In this document: positions 1 through 9,143 of the stretch, piece by piece
How positions within the stretch are numbered: the stretch's first letter is position 1
Layout of the letters: the number at the start of each line of letters is the position of its first letter
NCBI GenBank assembly: GCA_031426555.1
Contig: JANPLN010000066.1
Span: 1 to 64,000 of the forward strand
Direction: 5' to 3'
Length of the DNA: 64,000 bases
Source: Bdellovibrionales bacterium
GTDB taxonomy: Bacteria > Bdellovibrionota > Bdellovibrionia > Bdellovibrionales > JAGQZY01
Made by a program: the position numbers and the translations under genes
The notes under the pieces: generated by a model
Told to the model about the DNA's origin: nothing
Database searches by the model: none
What the model saw: the letters and a program-made list of their open reading frames with translations, nothing else

Positions 1-111
1 ATTAAGAATTAAGAATTAAGAATTAAGAATTAAGAATTAAGAATTAAGAATTAAGAATTAAGAATTAAGAATTAAGAATTAAGAATTAAGAATTAAGAAT
101 TAAGAATTAAG
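1..111. repeat. Perfect 7-bp tandem repeat (ATTAAGA)n, 15 full copies plus a 6-bp partial, truncated by window start
   Basis: Read directly; unit repeats every 7 nt from position 1 to 111. Confidence 0.98.
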
Positions 112-325
112 CTGGAAAATTCTTAAGTCAAGCGTCAATCCGGAAAATTATTTTAATCTTTATTTGACTGCAGACTCGGAAATCGAGCCTTCAATCTATC
201 GTGTGTATAGCGACACTTCCGTACAGCTTCACGCGTGCCAAAAATAATATCGATTTGGCGAAACCTCGTGCTTTTCGGAGCAAGATAAATGGCAAAGTAT
301 TTCGATTGTCCGGATTAAAGAATTC

Positions 326-343
326 TTGAAAATTGATTTTCAA
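326..343. promoter_or_regulatory. Inverted repeat TTGAAAAT-TG-ATTTTCAA, candidate operator upstream of HNH gene
   Basis: Perfect 8-bp arms, about 60 bp upstream of ATG 403. Confidence 0.35.
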
Positions 344-402
344 AACTTATGTTATCTTTTTCCTGTTTTTTAATTTTTGTAAATCAATTTAAAGGAGTAC
401 GA

Positions 403-1371
403 ATGACAATAACCACTTTATCCAACCACAGGCTTATCTCATGTTTTGAGGACTCCGTTCGTAGCGAGCGCAAAATCACAGCACAAGTATTGGAATACAT
501 CGCCGAGATAGATCGGCGAAGGCTCTATTTAGAAAAAGGGACAACGAGCCTGTTTGACTATTTAGTCAGAGACTTTGGGTATAGCCCTGGAGCCGCCATG
601 CGCCGAATCGACGCGGCACGGTTACTCCGTGAACTTCCGGAAACAGCGGAAAAGTTCGAGAATGGCACGCTCACCCTTTCTCAAGCCAATCAAATTCAAA
701 GGGCATCGCGGGAGTTTAAAAAAACTAAACGCGAATCTTTGAGCACAGAAAGTAAGCGCGATTTAGTTTTACAATTGGAAAGTAAAACGCAAAAACAAAC
801 TGAACAGCTCCTCGCGGCAACTTTAGATCTGCCCAAAACTCCGCCACAGAAACAAACCTATCATCGAGACCAGTCAGTGACGTTGACGGTCACTTTTACG
901 CCTGAGCAAATCAAGATTCTTGAGCAAGTACAGAATATGGTTTCCCACAGTGTGGCAAATAGAGACTGGGCCGAAACTTTCACTTATCTGGCAAAAAAAG
1001 AAGTGGCACGACGAACCGTCGTTTGTAAATCGAGGGCCCGTAAAAATTGTGTCGATGCAGCGACGGCAGTAAGCGCAACTTCAGCAACCACTGCCGCTAC
1101 GGCAGTAAAACCCAATTCCGCATTCACTGCCGCGGCGAAGCCGAAGAGCGTGCGCCCACCTATTCCCTCGGGCGTTCGCAAAACCTTGCTGAATGAGCAT
1201 GCACGCTGTGAGCATAAAGATTCACGCGGGCGCAGCTGTGGCAGCCAACGATTTCTGCAACTCGATCACATCCGCAGTTGGAGCCGCGGTGGTACGCACG
1301 AACCGGAGAATTTGCAGGTCCTTTGTGGCGCGCACAACCGACAGAAGTATATCAACGAAACTAAGCGCTAA
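403..1371 (+). CDS. HNH endonuclease with DUF222-like helical N-terminal region
   Basis: C-terminal C..C / LQLDHIRSWSRGGTHEPENLQVLCGAHN HNH motif; AGGAG RBS before ATG 403 (ORF track starts at 349). Confidence 0.85.
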   Translation: MTITTLSNHRLISCFEDSVRSERKITAQVLEYIAEIDRRRLYLEKGTTSLFDYLVRDFGYSPGAAMRRIDAARLLRELPETAEKFENGTLTLSQANQIQRASREFKKTKRESLSTESKRDLVLQLESKTQKQTEQLLAATLDLPKTPPQKQTYHRDQSVTLTVTFTPEQIKILEQVQNMVSHSVANRDWAETFTYLAKKEVARRTVVCKSRARKNCVDAATAVSATSATTAATAVKPNSAFTAAAKPKSVRPPIPSGVRKTLLNEHARCEHKDSRGRSCGSQRFLQLDHIRSWSRGGTHEPENLQVLCGAHNRQKYINETKR

Positions 1372-1476
1372 ACATTTGAGAATTTGCCACTAAAGGGAAA
1401 TGAAATACCCATTAATATCGCGAGAAAGAAACGTCGACAAAACCTGTTCCATCGCTTGCGAGCTGGCGCCGCTGGT

Positions 1477-4110
1477 CTACTTCGTACGCCGCTCGTAAAC
1501 GCCATCCCAACTGGCCTCGGGTGGCGTCTTTAAAAAATACTCGCAGCGGCCCTTGTACACTTGCACTAATTTGTCGTCGGGATAGGATTCTTCCAGCTTC
1601 GTGAACATGTCGTACGCTCGCACAAAATCGCGACTGTGATACACCTGGTAGGCCTCGCGGTAACGATCCAACCAGATCACTGATTCAGCCACGGCTACCT
1701 CAGAAATTAACTCATAAGCCCGCACCGGTTCCTTTTTACCCTTCACCCGCACACGATCCACTTCGCGGAATTGGAAGCGCCCTTTGACTTGTTCATAGGT
1801 GTATTCACTCACCAAAATTTTGGCTCCGTACTCTTTGGTTGTTCCCTCGAGGCGCGAACCAAGATTCACCGCATCGCCAATCACCGTGTAACTCTGCACG
1901 ATCTTCGAGCCCATGTTGCCCACACTCATAAAACCCGTGTTGATTCCGATTCCAATATCGATGTGCGGCCAACCGCGTTTTTTAAATTCAATTTGTAATT
2001 TTTTAAGCTCATCGATGCTCTGCAAAGCACAACGGCAGGCATAGTAGGCATGATCTTCGAAAAACACAGGGGCACCAAAGAAGGCCATTAACCCGTCGCC
2101 CATATATTTATCCAAGGTTCCCTTGTTATTAAACACCATCTCGGTCATCGGCGTTAAGTACTCATTCAGAAAGCGCGAAAGCTCTTCGGGATCCATTCTT
2201 TCGGAAAACTCTGTAAAGCCGCGCACATCCGAGAAGAATACGCTCATCTCTTGCTTTCGACCACCCAACTTTAAATTGTCTTCGTTTTTTAATAGCTCGT
2301 CCACAACGGCCGGAGAAACATACTTGGAAAACGTTTTTTTGAGCGCGCTTCGCTTGCGTTCTTCGGAAAAATATTTGTACATAAAAACAGTACCATGCAC
2401 ACCACCGATCAACAGCAAAACAAAGACGCTCGAATAAACTAAATTGTATTTAGCAAACAGCAGTCGATCTAAGTAAATATGCACGCTCATGGCCACAACA
2501 AAACTGACCACCGATCCCAGAGCTCCCATCCACGACAGCAATAAACTCATTAGCAATCCTAAACCCGCAAGAATTAAAGGCAGTGCAAGCTGCTCTTTGG
2601 GAAGATTTTTTAAAAAAGTACCCTCAAACAGGTTTCCGATCACCGTAAGATGAATTTCGGGTCCTGGATAATTCGCTGCAACCGGAGTGTTTCGCAAATC
2701 GTAAAGGCCCACGGCTGTTACACCCCAAATGGCCATCTTGTCTTTAAAGAAAGCTTTTTTATTGTGCTTTTCTACTTTCAGTCTGATTTGATCCTGCCCA
2801 TGACTCCCATCGTGGGTCATCACCGAAATCTCTTCGTCCTCCGAAAATAAATCTTTGGCCGATACCACTGGAAAGGTAAACGACGGCCCATAGTAACGAA
2901 TGGTGAGCCTGCCGTACTCATCCACTGGCAGTTGATGCACAACAGTTTCTGTCTCCGTCTGCGGGTTGATAATTTGAAATGATGTTATTTGCTTTTTGCC
3001 CTGCACATTTTCTACTTTGACGTCGGCGCGGTAGCCCGTTCCGGCAAGATAGGTTTGCAAAGCCAGAGATGGGATAAAGCTTGTGCCCAGCTTATTTCCC
3101 GATCGATAAAATAAAGGGTAACGACGAACATACCCATCCAAATCCAAATGGGCTACAAAACTTGCTGTATATGACGAAGCTTCTTGAATGGGTAAGATAT
3201 TTCCCTGCCATTCTCCATATTGCGGAGTCGGAAATTCCTGCACCATTTTTTTAAAGCGTTTGATTTGGTCTTCGACGGGCATTTTCGTGAATTCTTTTTT
3301 GACCGCAAAGAGTTCTTTGTATTGAGTTTGCAAAACATCCATATTCTCGAAGTAAGCAGAGTCTTCCGACGTCAACCACACGTTGCAATATTCAAACACA
3401 TCGCGAATCTTTTTTGACTTTAAATAATTGGCCTGAAAAAGCGTGAGCTCGCTTGTCGATGCTTTATTGAGTTGCTTTAAATAATCGATTTCTGACTTTT
3501 TCTGTACTGCTTTAAAAATTCCAGAAAAGAGGGTGCTCCAATTGAGATCATCAAAATTCTCAGTCACATCATCAACAATCATCGTGGGATTGATTTTTGC
3601 GATGTGCTCGCCGCCGTTTAATAAAAAGGCCTCATTCACACAGTAGTCTTTGTAAGGCTCGAGATTCAAACGATCTTCGCTATAGGCGCCCAGCACGATC
3701 TGATCCTTGTGCGCCTCGACGACGGCGGCCATCTTCAAATCATGCTCGGGATATTTTAAATCGGGTTCGGCATGAATAATATCCATGCCGATCGTTTTGA
3801 CTCCATAGCCAAAAAGTTTTTCCGTGATGTCGGCCATTACGTCGCGCCCCCATGGCCAGCGACCGATTTCGCGCAGGGACTCTTCGTCCACTGCGATGAG
3901 GACCACTGGGGTTTTTACGGCCTTGGGCTGCATAAATTTAAACTGCAGATCGGTAAAACGATGATCCACTGTTTGCAAAAGCTGTAAAAAAGCATTCGGG
4001 GTGGACAAACTGGAGTGACGTTTTTGATGGGTAAGGTAATACCAGCTCAACATCACAACCGCCGTGGTTGTTAGAGCACCAATCAGGAAACTAAAGACTT
4101 TGTTTTTCAT
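1477..4110 (-). CDS. CHASE2-domain adenylate/guanylate cyclase
   Basis: GRWPWGR CHASE2 motif, three TM helices, class III cyclase motifs FSDVRGFT, DKYMGDGLMAFFG, YTVIGDAVNLGSRLE. Confidence 0.93.
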   Translation of the reverse strand: MKNKVFSFLIGALTTTAVVMLSWYYLTHQKRHSSLSTPNAFLQLLQTVDHRFTDLQFKFMQPKAVKTPVVLIAVDEESLREIGRWPWGRDVMADITEKLFGYGVKTIGMDIIHAEPDLKYPEHDLKMAAVVEAHKDQIVLGAYSEDRLNLEPYKDYCVNEAFLLNGGEHIAKINPTMIVDDVTENFDDLNWSTLFSGIFKAVQKKSEIDYLKQLNKASTSELTLFQANYLKSKKIRDVFEYCNVWLTSEDSAYFENMDVLQTQYKELFAVKKEFTKMPVEDQIKRFKKMVQEFPTPQYGEWQGNILPIQEASSYTASFVAHLDLDGYVRRYPLFYRSGNKLGTSFIPSLALQTYLAGTGYRADVKVENVQGKKQITSFQIINPQTETETVVHQLPVDEYGRLTIRYYGPSFTFPVVSAKDLFSEDEEISVMTHDGSHGQDQIRLKVEKHNKKAFFKDKMAIWGVTAVGLYDLRNTPVAANYPGPEIHLTVIGNLFEGTFLKNLPKEQLALPLILAGLGLLMSLLLSWMGALGSVVSFVVAMSVHIYLDRLLFAKYNLVYSSVFVLLLIGGVHGTVFMYKYFSEERKRSALKKTFSKYVSPAVVDELLKNEDNLKLGGRKQEMSVFFSDVRGFTEFSERMDPEELSRFLNEYLTPMTEMVFNNKGTLDKYMGDGLMAFFGAPVFFEDHAYYACRCALQSIDELKKLQIEFKKRGWPHIDIGIGINTGFMSVGNMGSKIVQSYTVIGDAVNLGSRLEGTTKEYGAKILVSEYTYEQVKGRFQFREVDRVRVKGKKEPVRAYELISEVAVAESVIWLDRYREAYQVYHSRDFVRAYDMFTKLEESYPDDKLVQVYKGRCEYFLKTPPEASWDGVYERRTK

Positions 4111-4117
4111 AGGTAAA

Positions 4118-4144
4118 CTATCGGTTTTTTACACCCTTTTTTTA
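4118..4144 (-). promoter_or_regulatory. Sigma-28 (FliA)-like promoter TAAA-N15-ACCGATAG, probably giving a leaderless or near-leaderless cyclase mRNA
   Basis: Matches TAAA-N15-GCCGATAA consensus; ends 7 nt before ATG 4110. Confidence 0.55.
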
Positions 4145-4246
4145 AATGCTAAGGCGTGTCTGTTGCGCTGGATCCTGGCCTTTTGTCGTGGACAATCCAT
4201 CGAAAGCGGGCTAGATTTTTTGATATCAATTTTTGAGGGAGGATCC

Positions 4247-6022
4247 GTGTCTTTTTTTATAGCTATCGCAATGACCACCGCCGTTCTGTTTCATTCACCG
4301 TCCATCGAAGCCAAGACTTCGACCAAAGACTTTTTAAAGCAAGCCAACCAAACCCTCCTCACCGAGCAAATCTCCACCCAGCGGGCTGAATGGGTGCAAA
4401 ATAATTTTATCACCGACGATTCCACAGTGCTGGCTTCGGAAGCCAACGCGCGCTATACGCAGGTGGCCACGGAGTTTGCACTGCAATCGAAAAAGTACAA
4501 AGGCAGCAGCAAAGACGAAAAGCGCCAGCTCAACCTCCTCCTCGCTTTTTTAAATTTGCCAGCCCCAAAAGACACGAAAAAAGCTCAGGAAATGACCAAG
4601 TTAAAATCGGAGCTCGAAAGCACCTACGGCAGCGGTAAGTACTGCAATAAAGAAGGTGTTTGCAAAAATCTTTTGGATCTCGAGGATGTCTTGGCCAAAT
4701 CGCGAAAGCCCAGTGAGCTTGTTGAGGCGTGGGAAGGATGGAAAACAGTTTCTGTTCCCATGAAGTCCAAATATGAAAAAATTGTTGAGCTTTCCAACCA
4801 AGGCTCTCGAGAATTGGGTTTTAAAAATCTTTCTGAGTTTTGGAAAACCAAATACGACATGAGCGACGCTGCCTTCGAAAAGGACTTGGATCGTTTGTGG
4901 GGCGAAGTAAAACCATTTTACGAACAGCTTCACTGTTATGTGCGTGGTCAGTTAAATAAAAAATACGGAAATGCTGTGGTTTCGAAAGACGGCCCTATTC
5001 CCGCTCATCTCTTAGGAAACATGTGGGCTCAGTCGTGGGGAAACATCCGCGATGTGGTGGGTGTGGATTCCTCCAAAGCCATGGACATTACCCAATTACT
5101 CAAAGAGGCCAAGTACGATTCTAAAAAAATGGTGAACACCGCTGAAAACTTTTTTGTATCCTTAGGAATGCCCGTGCTTCCTAAAAGTTTTTACGAGCGC
5201 TCGCTGTTGGATAAACCCCGCGACCGCGAAGTGGTATGCCACGCCAGCGCTTGGGACATCGACCTGAAAGATGATGTGCGCATAAAAATGTGTATTCTGA
5301 TTGATGACGACAGCTTCCGCACCATTCACCACGAGCTTGGGCACATTTACTACTATCTCGCCTACAAACAACAACCCATTCTCTACAACGGCAGCGCCAA
5401 CGACGGCTTCCACGAAGCGCTCGGCGACACCATACAGCTTTCAATAACGAGTAAATATTTATATGACATCGGACTGCTTAAAAAGATGCCTCCCAAAAAC
5501 GACAACATCGATTATCTTCTTTCGATGGCCCTCGAGAAAGTGGCGTTTCTTCCGTTTGGTTTGCTGATTGATAAATGGCGTTGGAAAGTTTTCGAAGGTT
5601 CGGTAAAGCCCGAGCAGTACAACCAAGCGTGGTGGGATCTTGTGCGTGAGTATCAAGGCGTGGTACCACCTAACAATCGCCCAGCCGATGCATTTGACCC
5701 TGGATCCAAATACCACGTTCCGAGCTTTGTTCCCTATTCTCGTTATTTCCTAGCACATATTCTGCAATTTCAATTTCATCGTTCGCTTTGCCAAACTGCA
5801 GGTAATAAGGCACCACTGCATGAGTGTTCCATTTATGGAAGTAAGGAAGCCGGCTCCAAACTTTGGAGGATGATGGAAATGGGCCTCAGCGAACCATGGC
5901 CAGTGGCTTTAGAAGCCGTCACAGGCCAAAAGCAAATGGATGCCACAGCAATGCGTGAATACTTCGCCCCCCTTGAAAAATGGCTGCGCGAAAAGAATAT
6001 GGGTCAGAAGTGCGGTTGGTAA
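4247..6022 (+). CDS. M2 family metallopeptidase (ACE-like peptidyl-dipeptidase), secreted
   Basis: PAHLLGNMWAQSW, VVCHASAWD, HHELGH zinc motif, GFHEALGD; signal peptide; GTG 4247 after GAGGGAGG. Confidence 0.93.
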   Translation: MSFFIAIAMTTAVLFHSPSIEAKTSTKDFLKQANQTLLTEQISTQRAEWVQNNFITDDSTVLASEANARYTQVATEFALQSKKYKGSSKDEKRQLNLLLAFLNLPAPKDTKKAQEMTKLKSELESTYGSGKYCNKEGVCKNLLDLEDVLAKSRKPSELVEAWEGWKTVSVPMKSKYEKIVELSNQGSRELGFKNLSEFWKTKYDMSDAAFEKDLDRLWGEVKPFYEQLHCYVRGQLNKKYGNAVVSKDGPIPAHLLGNMWAQSWGNIRDVVGVDSSKAMDITQLLKEAKYDSKKMVNTAENFFVSLGMPVLPKSFYERSLLDKPRDREVVCHASAWDIDLKDDVRIKMCILIDDDSFRTIHHELGHIYYYLAYKQQPILYNGSANDGFHEALGDTIQLSITSKYLYDIGLLKKMPPKNDNIDYLLSMALEKVAFLPFGLLIDKWRWKVFEGSVKPEQYNQAWWDLVREYQGVVPPNNRPADAFDPGSKYHVPSFVPYSRYFLAHILQFQFHRSLCQTAGNKAPLHECSIYGSKEAGSKLWRMMEMGLSEPWPVALEAVTGQKQMDATAMREYFAPLEKWLREKNMGQKCGW

Positions 6023-6112
6023 TGTATAAATTACCCCGGCTCTTGTGAGCTGAACTCCAGTTTGTTACCTTCCCCTGAACACTGATCAGGTGTACGCAAC
6101 CCAGGGGAATAT

Positions 6113-7840
6113 ATGTCCAAGATTTTTTTTACAATTTTGTTTTTTTCCAATGTTTCACTGGCAGCTGACTACTGCCTTTCGGTCCGCGGTAATGGCGAGC
6201 TGATCGCCTCCCACTGGGGAGCCATGGCTTCGGTGGTGGAAAAACTGGGATTACCGAAAGCCCAAGCCGGTGGTAGCTCGGCCTCCATTTCAATCTTTCT
6301 CCTCGACAGTATTGCGTCCAGCGAAATGGTCAAACAGCAACCAGCGACTGCGGTATTTTTGATAAAATCCCTCGAAGGCGTCACCTTCTGGATTAAAAAT
6401 CAAAAAGAATGGCAGGACTTTGCATCCCTGGCGGTGGATGCTCAGAGCCTGGGCTCCGCCAACTGGGCTCAAGAATTAAATAAAATATTTACCGAAGTCG
6501 ACCCCGTTCAAATCACCTCCGCGTTGCAAGTGTTTTACGACAATCTTGGGCGCATCGAGCGCAATCTCGAAGTGGGACGCAAATTAAACTTAATCAATTT
6601 CGAAAGCTTTGCCCGCCTCTCACAAGCCGTTCGCGTTGTGCAAACTTCGCACAACGTGACCGAGAAGCAAGGCGCCCTTAAAACTGCGAAGTTTTATGCT
6701 GGCGAGCTTTATAAAACCTACGAAGTGTTTGGAAAGTTCAATGCGGAGTCGGATGACAATCTTTTCTTCCGATCAGGAATCGTTGATTTTGATGGACTGG
6801 CCCGCCAGGCAGGAAGAATTGCAGGATTTTACGCCAATGCCTCCGCGCAAAACAAAAATTGGAATGAGCTTTATACGTCTTGCTCGAAGGATTTAAAAAA
6901 TAAAACCTGGTCCGAGCTTGTCGAAACACAACCGCGCTGCCAAAATCTTTTAGAAACCACCATCGATAAGTTTTTTCGCACTTCCGGAGACGACTTTTCG
7001 CAAAAAAATATCGGCCAAACTATCGTCAGCTTTCCGATCACTTCAGTCCTTGTGGATTCCGCTTACCGTGAGGCTAAAGTGGCCATGGACGCCTATCACC
7101 GAAGCCTTGATTCAGAGTTTGGAAAAACATTTTCTCTCACGAACTACGATGACGTGCGCTTTGGCTACTGGGGCTCGCGCTCGGCTCTTAAAAACGTCGC
7201 ACAAAATCTAGATTACAAAGATGCAAAAAGTAATCGCTTCCTCGCCCTCAACGAAGCGACGTGGTTTGAGGCCCTCAGGCTTTCCCCAGCAGAACCTGGT
7301 TTATCGGCGCTTCGCGAATTCTCGTCGGGTAGAAAAACGTTTCTTTCTGCCGGCGGCTGGCCTGACCTCACGCCCACTCTTATTTTAAAAGCTTACGGCT
7401 GTAAAAATATTGTGCATATCACTCGTCGCGGTGGAGAAAGCTTATTTGCTCAAGGTGTAGCAAAACGTCTTTTAAATCTCGATCGCGACTGGAGTGTTTT
7501 GCGAACAACTGCAGAAAGCTATGAGGACAACTGGGTTTTAAACAACGTGGGCGATCGTTCCGATTTGAACAGCAACTGGGCGAAGCTTTACAATGTGGCC
7601 AACGATAACAGCTCGTACAAAAAATCACTGCGAATGGCCGACGCCATTTTATGCACAGATTGGAATCAATTTAAAATCACCGAGGGTCCCTCAGCCATGA
7701 TCGCTCATGCCTACACCAGTCCCTTTTATGTGAATGACGACGGCGGACTGATTGCGGAAAACGATTTACTGCAACCACAACTCAACCCCAAGCAACAAAA
7801 CCCCGCCGGCTACCCCGAATACGTCGGCTGCACTCCATAA
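6113..7840 (+). CDS. Secreted hypothetical protein, divergent patatin-like hydrolase
   Basis: Signal peptide; RGNG, AGGSSASI, AEPG, SAGGW motifs in patatin-like order. Confidence 0.5.
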   Translation: MSKIFFTILFFSNVSLAADYCLSVRGNGELIASHWGAMASVVEKLGLPKAQAGGSSASISIFLLDSIASSEMVKQQPATAVFLIKSLEGVTFWIKNQKEWQDFASLAVDAQSLGSANWAQELNKIFTEVDPVQITSALQVFYDNLGRIERNLEVGRKLNLINFESFARLSQAVRVVQTSHNVTEKQGALKTAKFYAGELYKTYEVFGKFNAESDDNLFFRSGIVDFDGLARQAGRIAGFYANASAQNKNWNELYTSCSKDLKNKTWSELVETQPRCQNLLETTIDKFFRTSGDDFSQKNIGQTIVSFPITSVLVDSAYREAKVAMDAYHRSLDSEFGKTFSLTNYDDVRFGYWGSRSALKNVAQNLDYKDAKSNRFLALNEATWFEALRLSPAEPGLSALREFSSGRKTFLSAGGWPDLTPTLILKAYGCKNIVHITRRGGESLFAQGVAKRLLNLDRDWSVLRTTAESYEDNWVLNNVGDRSDLNSNWAKLYNVANDNSSYKKSLRMADAILCTDWNQFKITEGPSAMIAHAYTSPFYVNDDGGLIAENDLLQPQLNPKQQNPAGYPEYVGCTP

Positions 7841-7845
7841 GCGCG

Positions 7846-7894
7846 TCAGTCAAAGGTAGTCTCCTAAAGAGACTACCAATCAGTCAAAGGTAGT
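7846..7894. repeat. 15-bp direct repeat TCAGTCAAAGGTAGT (7846-7860, 7880-7894) overlapping a perfect 9-bp hairpin GGTAGTCTC-N5-GAGACTACC (7855-7877)
   Basis: Read directly; lies between convergent genes. Confidence 0.8.
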
Positions 7895-7956
7895 TTCTTT
7901 CATTTGTGAATTCGTTTCTATTCGTTACCGGGCGTTCAACGGATGGCGGAGACCAT

Positions 7957-9012
7957 TTAGTTTAAAACGGTTGGGTATTTTAGAGTGCGCCAAAAGTCTG
8001 CGATAAACTGAACGTCGAGCGGAAAAGCATGGGATGTGACGCGCTCCGGGTGCTGGGTGGCATTTTCTTCGTCGTAGCCCGTGCAGTGCAAACCTAAAAT
8101 CTCACTATTTGCGGTGACAACCACTCCGCCACTCATGCCTGTGGATCCAAAATTGGATGTGTTGTATTCCTCTGGAAAAAGCGGAGGTAACGTCAACCCG
8201 CTCGAAGCCATCAGTTTAAAGCCAGGGGCATCGCCAACGCCATCTTTAAAATAATTGGTTTTTCCAGGGTAGCCGAGCAGAAAAGTCTCTTCGCCAATTC
8301 TGTAGGAATTTTTTGGACCTTTGCGTTCTGTCAAATTGAAATCTTCTACATTGATCGGCTCGCTGATTTCCATTTGCACAAAATCGGCATCTTGAATGAT
8401 CTTTTTTATTTCGATATTTGGATACGTTGTGCCGTGGGTTTGCACGTTCAATCGTAAGTCGGCATTGATAAAACTGAAATTGAGCTGGGCTTTTCCCTCG
8501 TAGCCGGAGTTGTACAGAATTTTTAATTTACCGTCTTTCACAAGTCGTAGGATGATGGGGGGAGAGATCGTATCCACCGGTCGGTCGCCGTTGGCTTTAG
8601 AAGCGATAGTAAGCCAGTTATGAAAAGCATGGCGACAGGTATAGAATTTTCCTTTGTTAAAAAACATGGTGCTGGAGTTTGAGTATTTTAAAACCGGGCA
8701 GAAGCGAAGCCCCTGCTTGCGGCAAGTTTCGATCTGAAAAGGTATGTAATTTTTGATGCTGCTCAGGACTTTGTTTTGTGTCTCTCTTGGAACGGTCTCA
8801 ACGTCGATGATCTCGAATTTTTCGCCAGGAGTTTTGGTAACTCCGATGGTTTCGAAGTCTAAAACTGCTTTTTCGGCAAATTCCTGAAACGGCAAGTTGA
8901 ACTCGCGAATGTCTTCAATATGGCGGTAGGCCTCCCACTTCTCGTTGGGGGTTTGGCCCCAAGTGGTGGTGGGGACGGATATTGCTAAGATGAGTGACAA
9001 TAAGGGTCTCAT
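7957..9012 (-). CDS. Secreted trypsin-like serine protease
   Basis: Catalytic triad motifs YTCRHAF (His), DFV (Asp), GMSGG (Ser); signal peptide from ATG 9012. Confidence 0.75.
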   Translation of the reverse strand: MRPLLSLILAISVPTTTWGQTPNEKWEAYRHIEDIREFNLPFQEFAEKAVLDFETIGVTKTPGEKFEIIDVETVPRETQNKVLSSIKNYIPFQIETCRKQGLRFCPVLKYSNSSTMFFNKGKFYTCRHAFHNWLTIASKANGDRPVDTISPPIILRLVKDGKLKILYNSGYEGKAQLNFSFINADLRLNVQTHGTTYPNIEIKKIIQDADFVQMEISEPINVEDFNLTERKGPKNSYRIGEETFLLGYPGKTNYFKDGVGDAPGFKLMASSGLTLPPLFPEEYNTSNFGSTGMSGGVVVTANSEILGLHCTGYDEENATQHPERVTSHAFPLDVQFIADFWRTLKYPTVLN

Positions 9013-9143
9013 AAGTGGGTCCTTTTTAAAATAATACTCATTAGTGTAAGTTTTTAGCACATGCTTACAAAAAAGGCACTCTGAGTGGCTTTTCGTGAAG
9101 AAATTCTAAGGGGAAGAACGCCCAGGTTAGCGGGAGAGGGAAA

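Noticed and set aside
1..111. CRISPR array or telomere
   Set aside because: 7-bp units with no spacers and no cas genes; no evidence that the window edge is a replicon end.
4064..4246. Long N-terminal extension of the ACE-like gene overlapping the cyclase start
   Set aside because: RBS and signal peptide support GTG 4247; the upstream stretch is the divergent promoter region.
8121..8131. CCACTCCGCCA identical to the tRNA-Asp 3' end, possible att site
   Set aside because: Only 11 bp, inside a coding region, with no integrase in the window.
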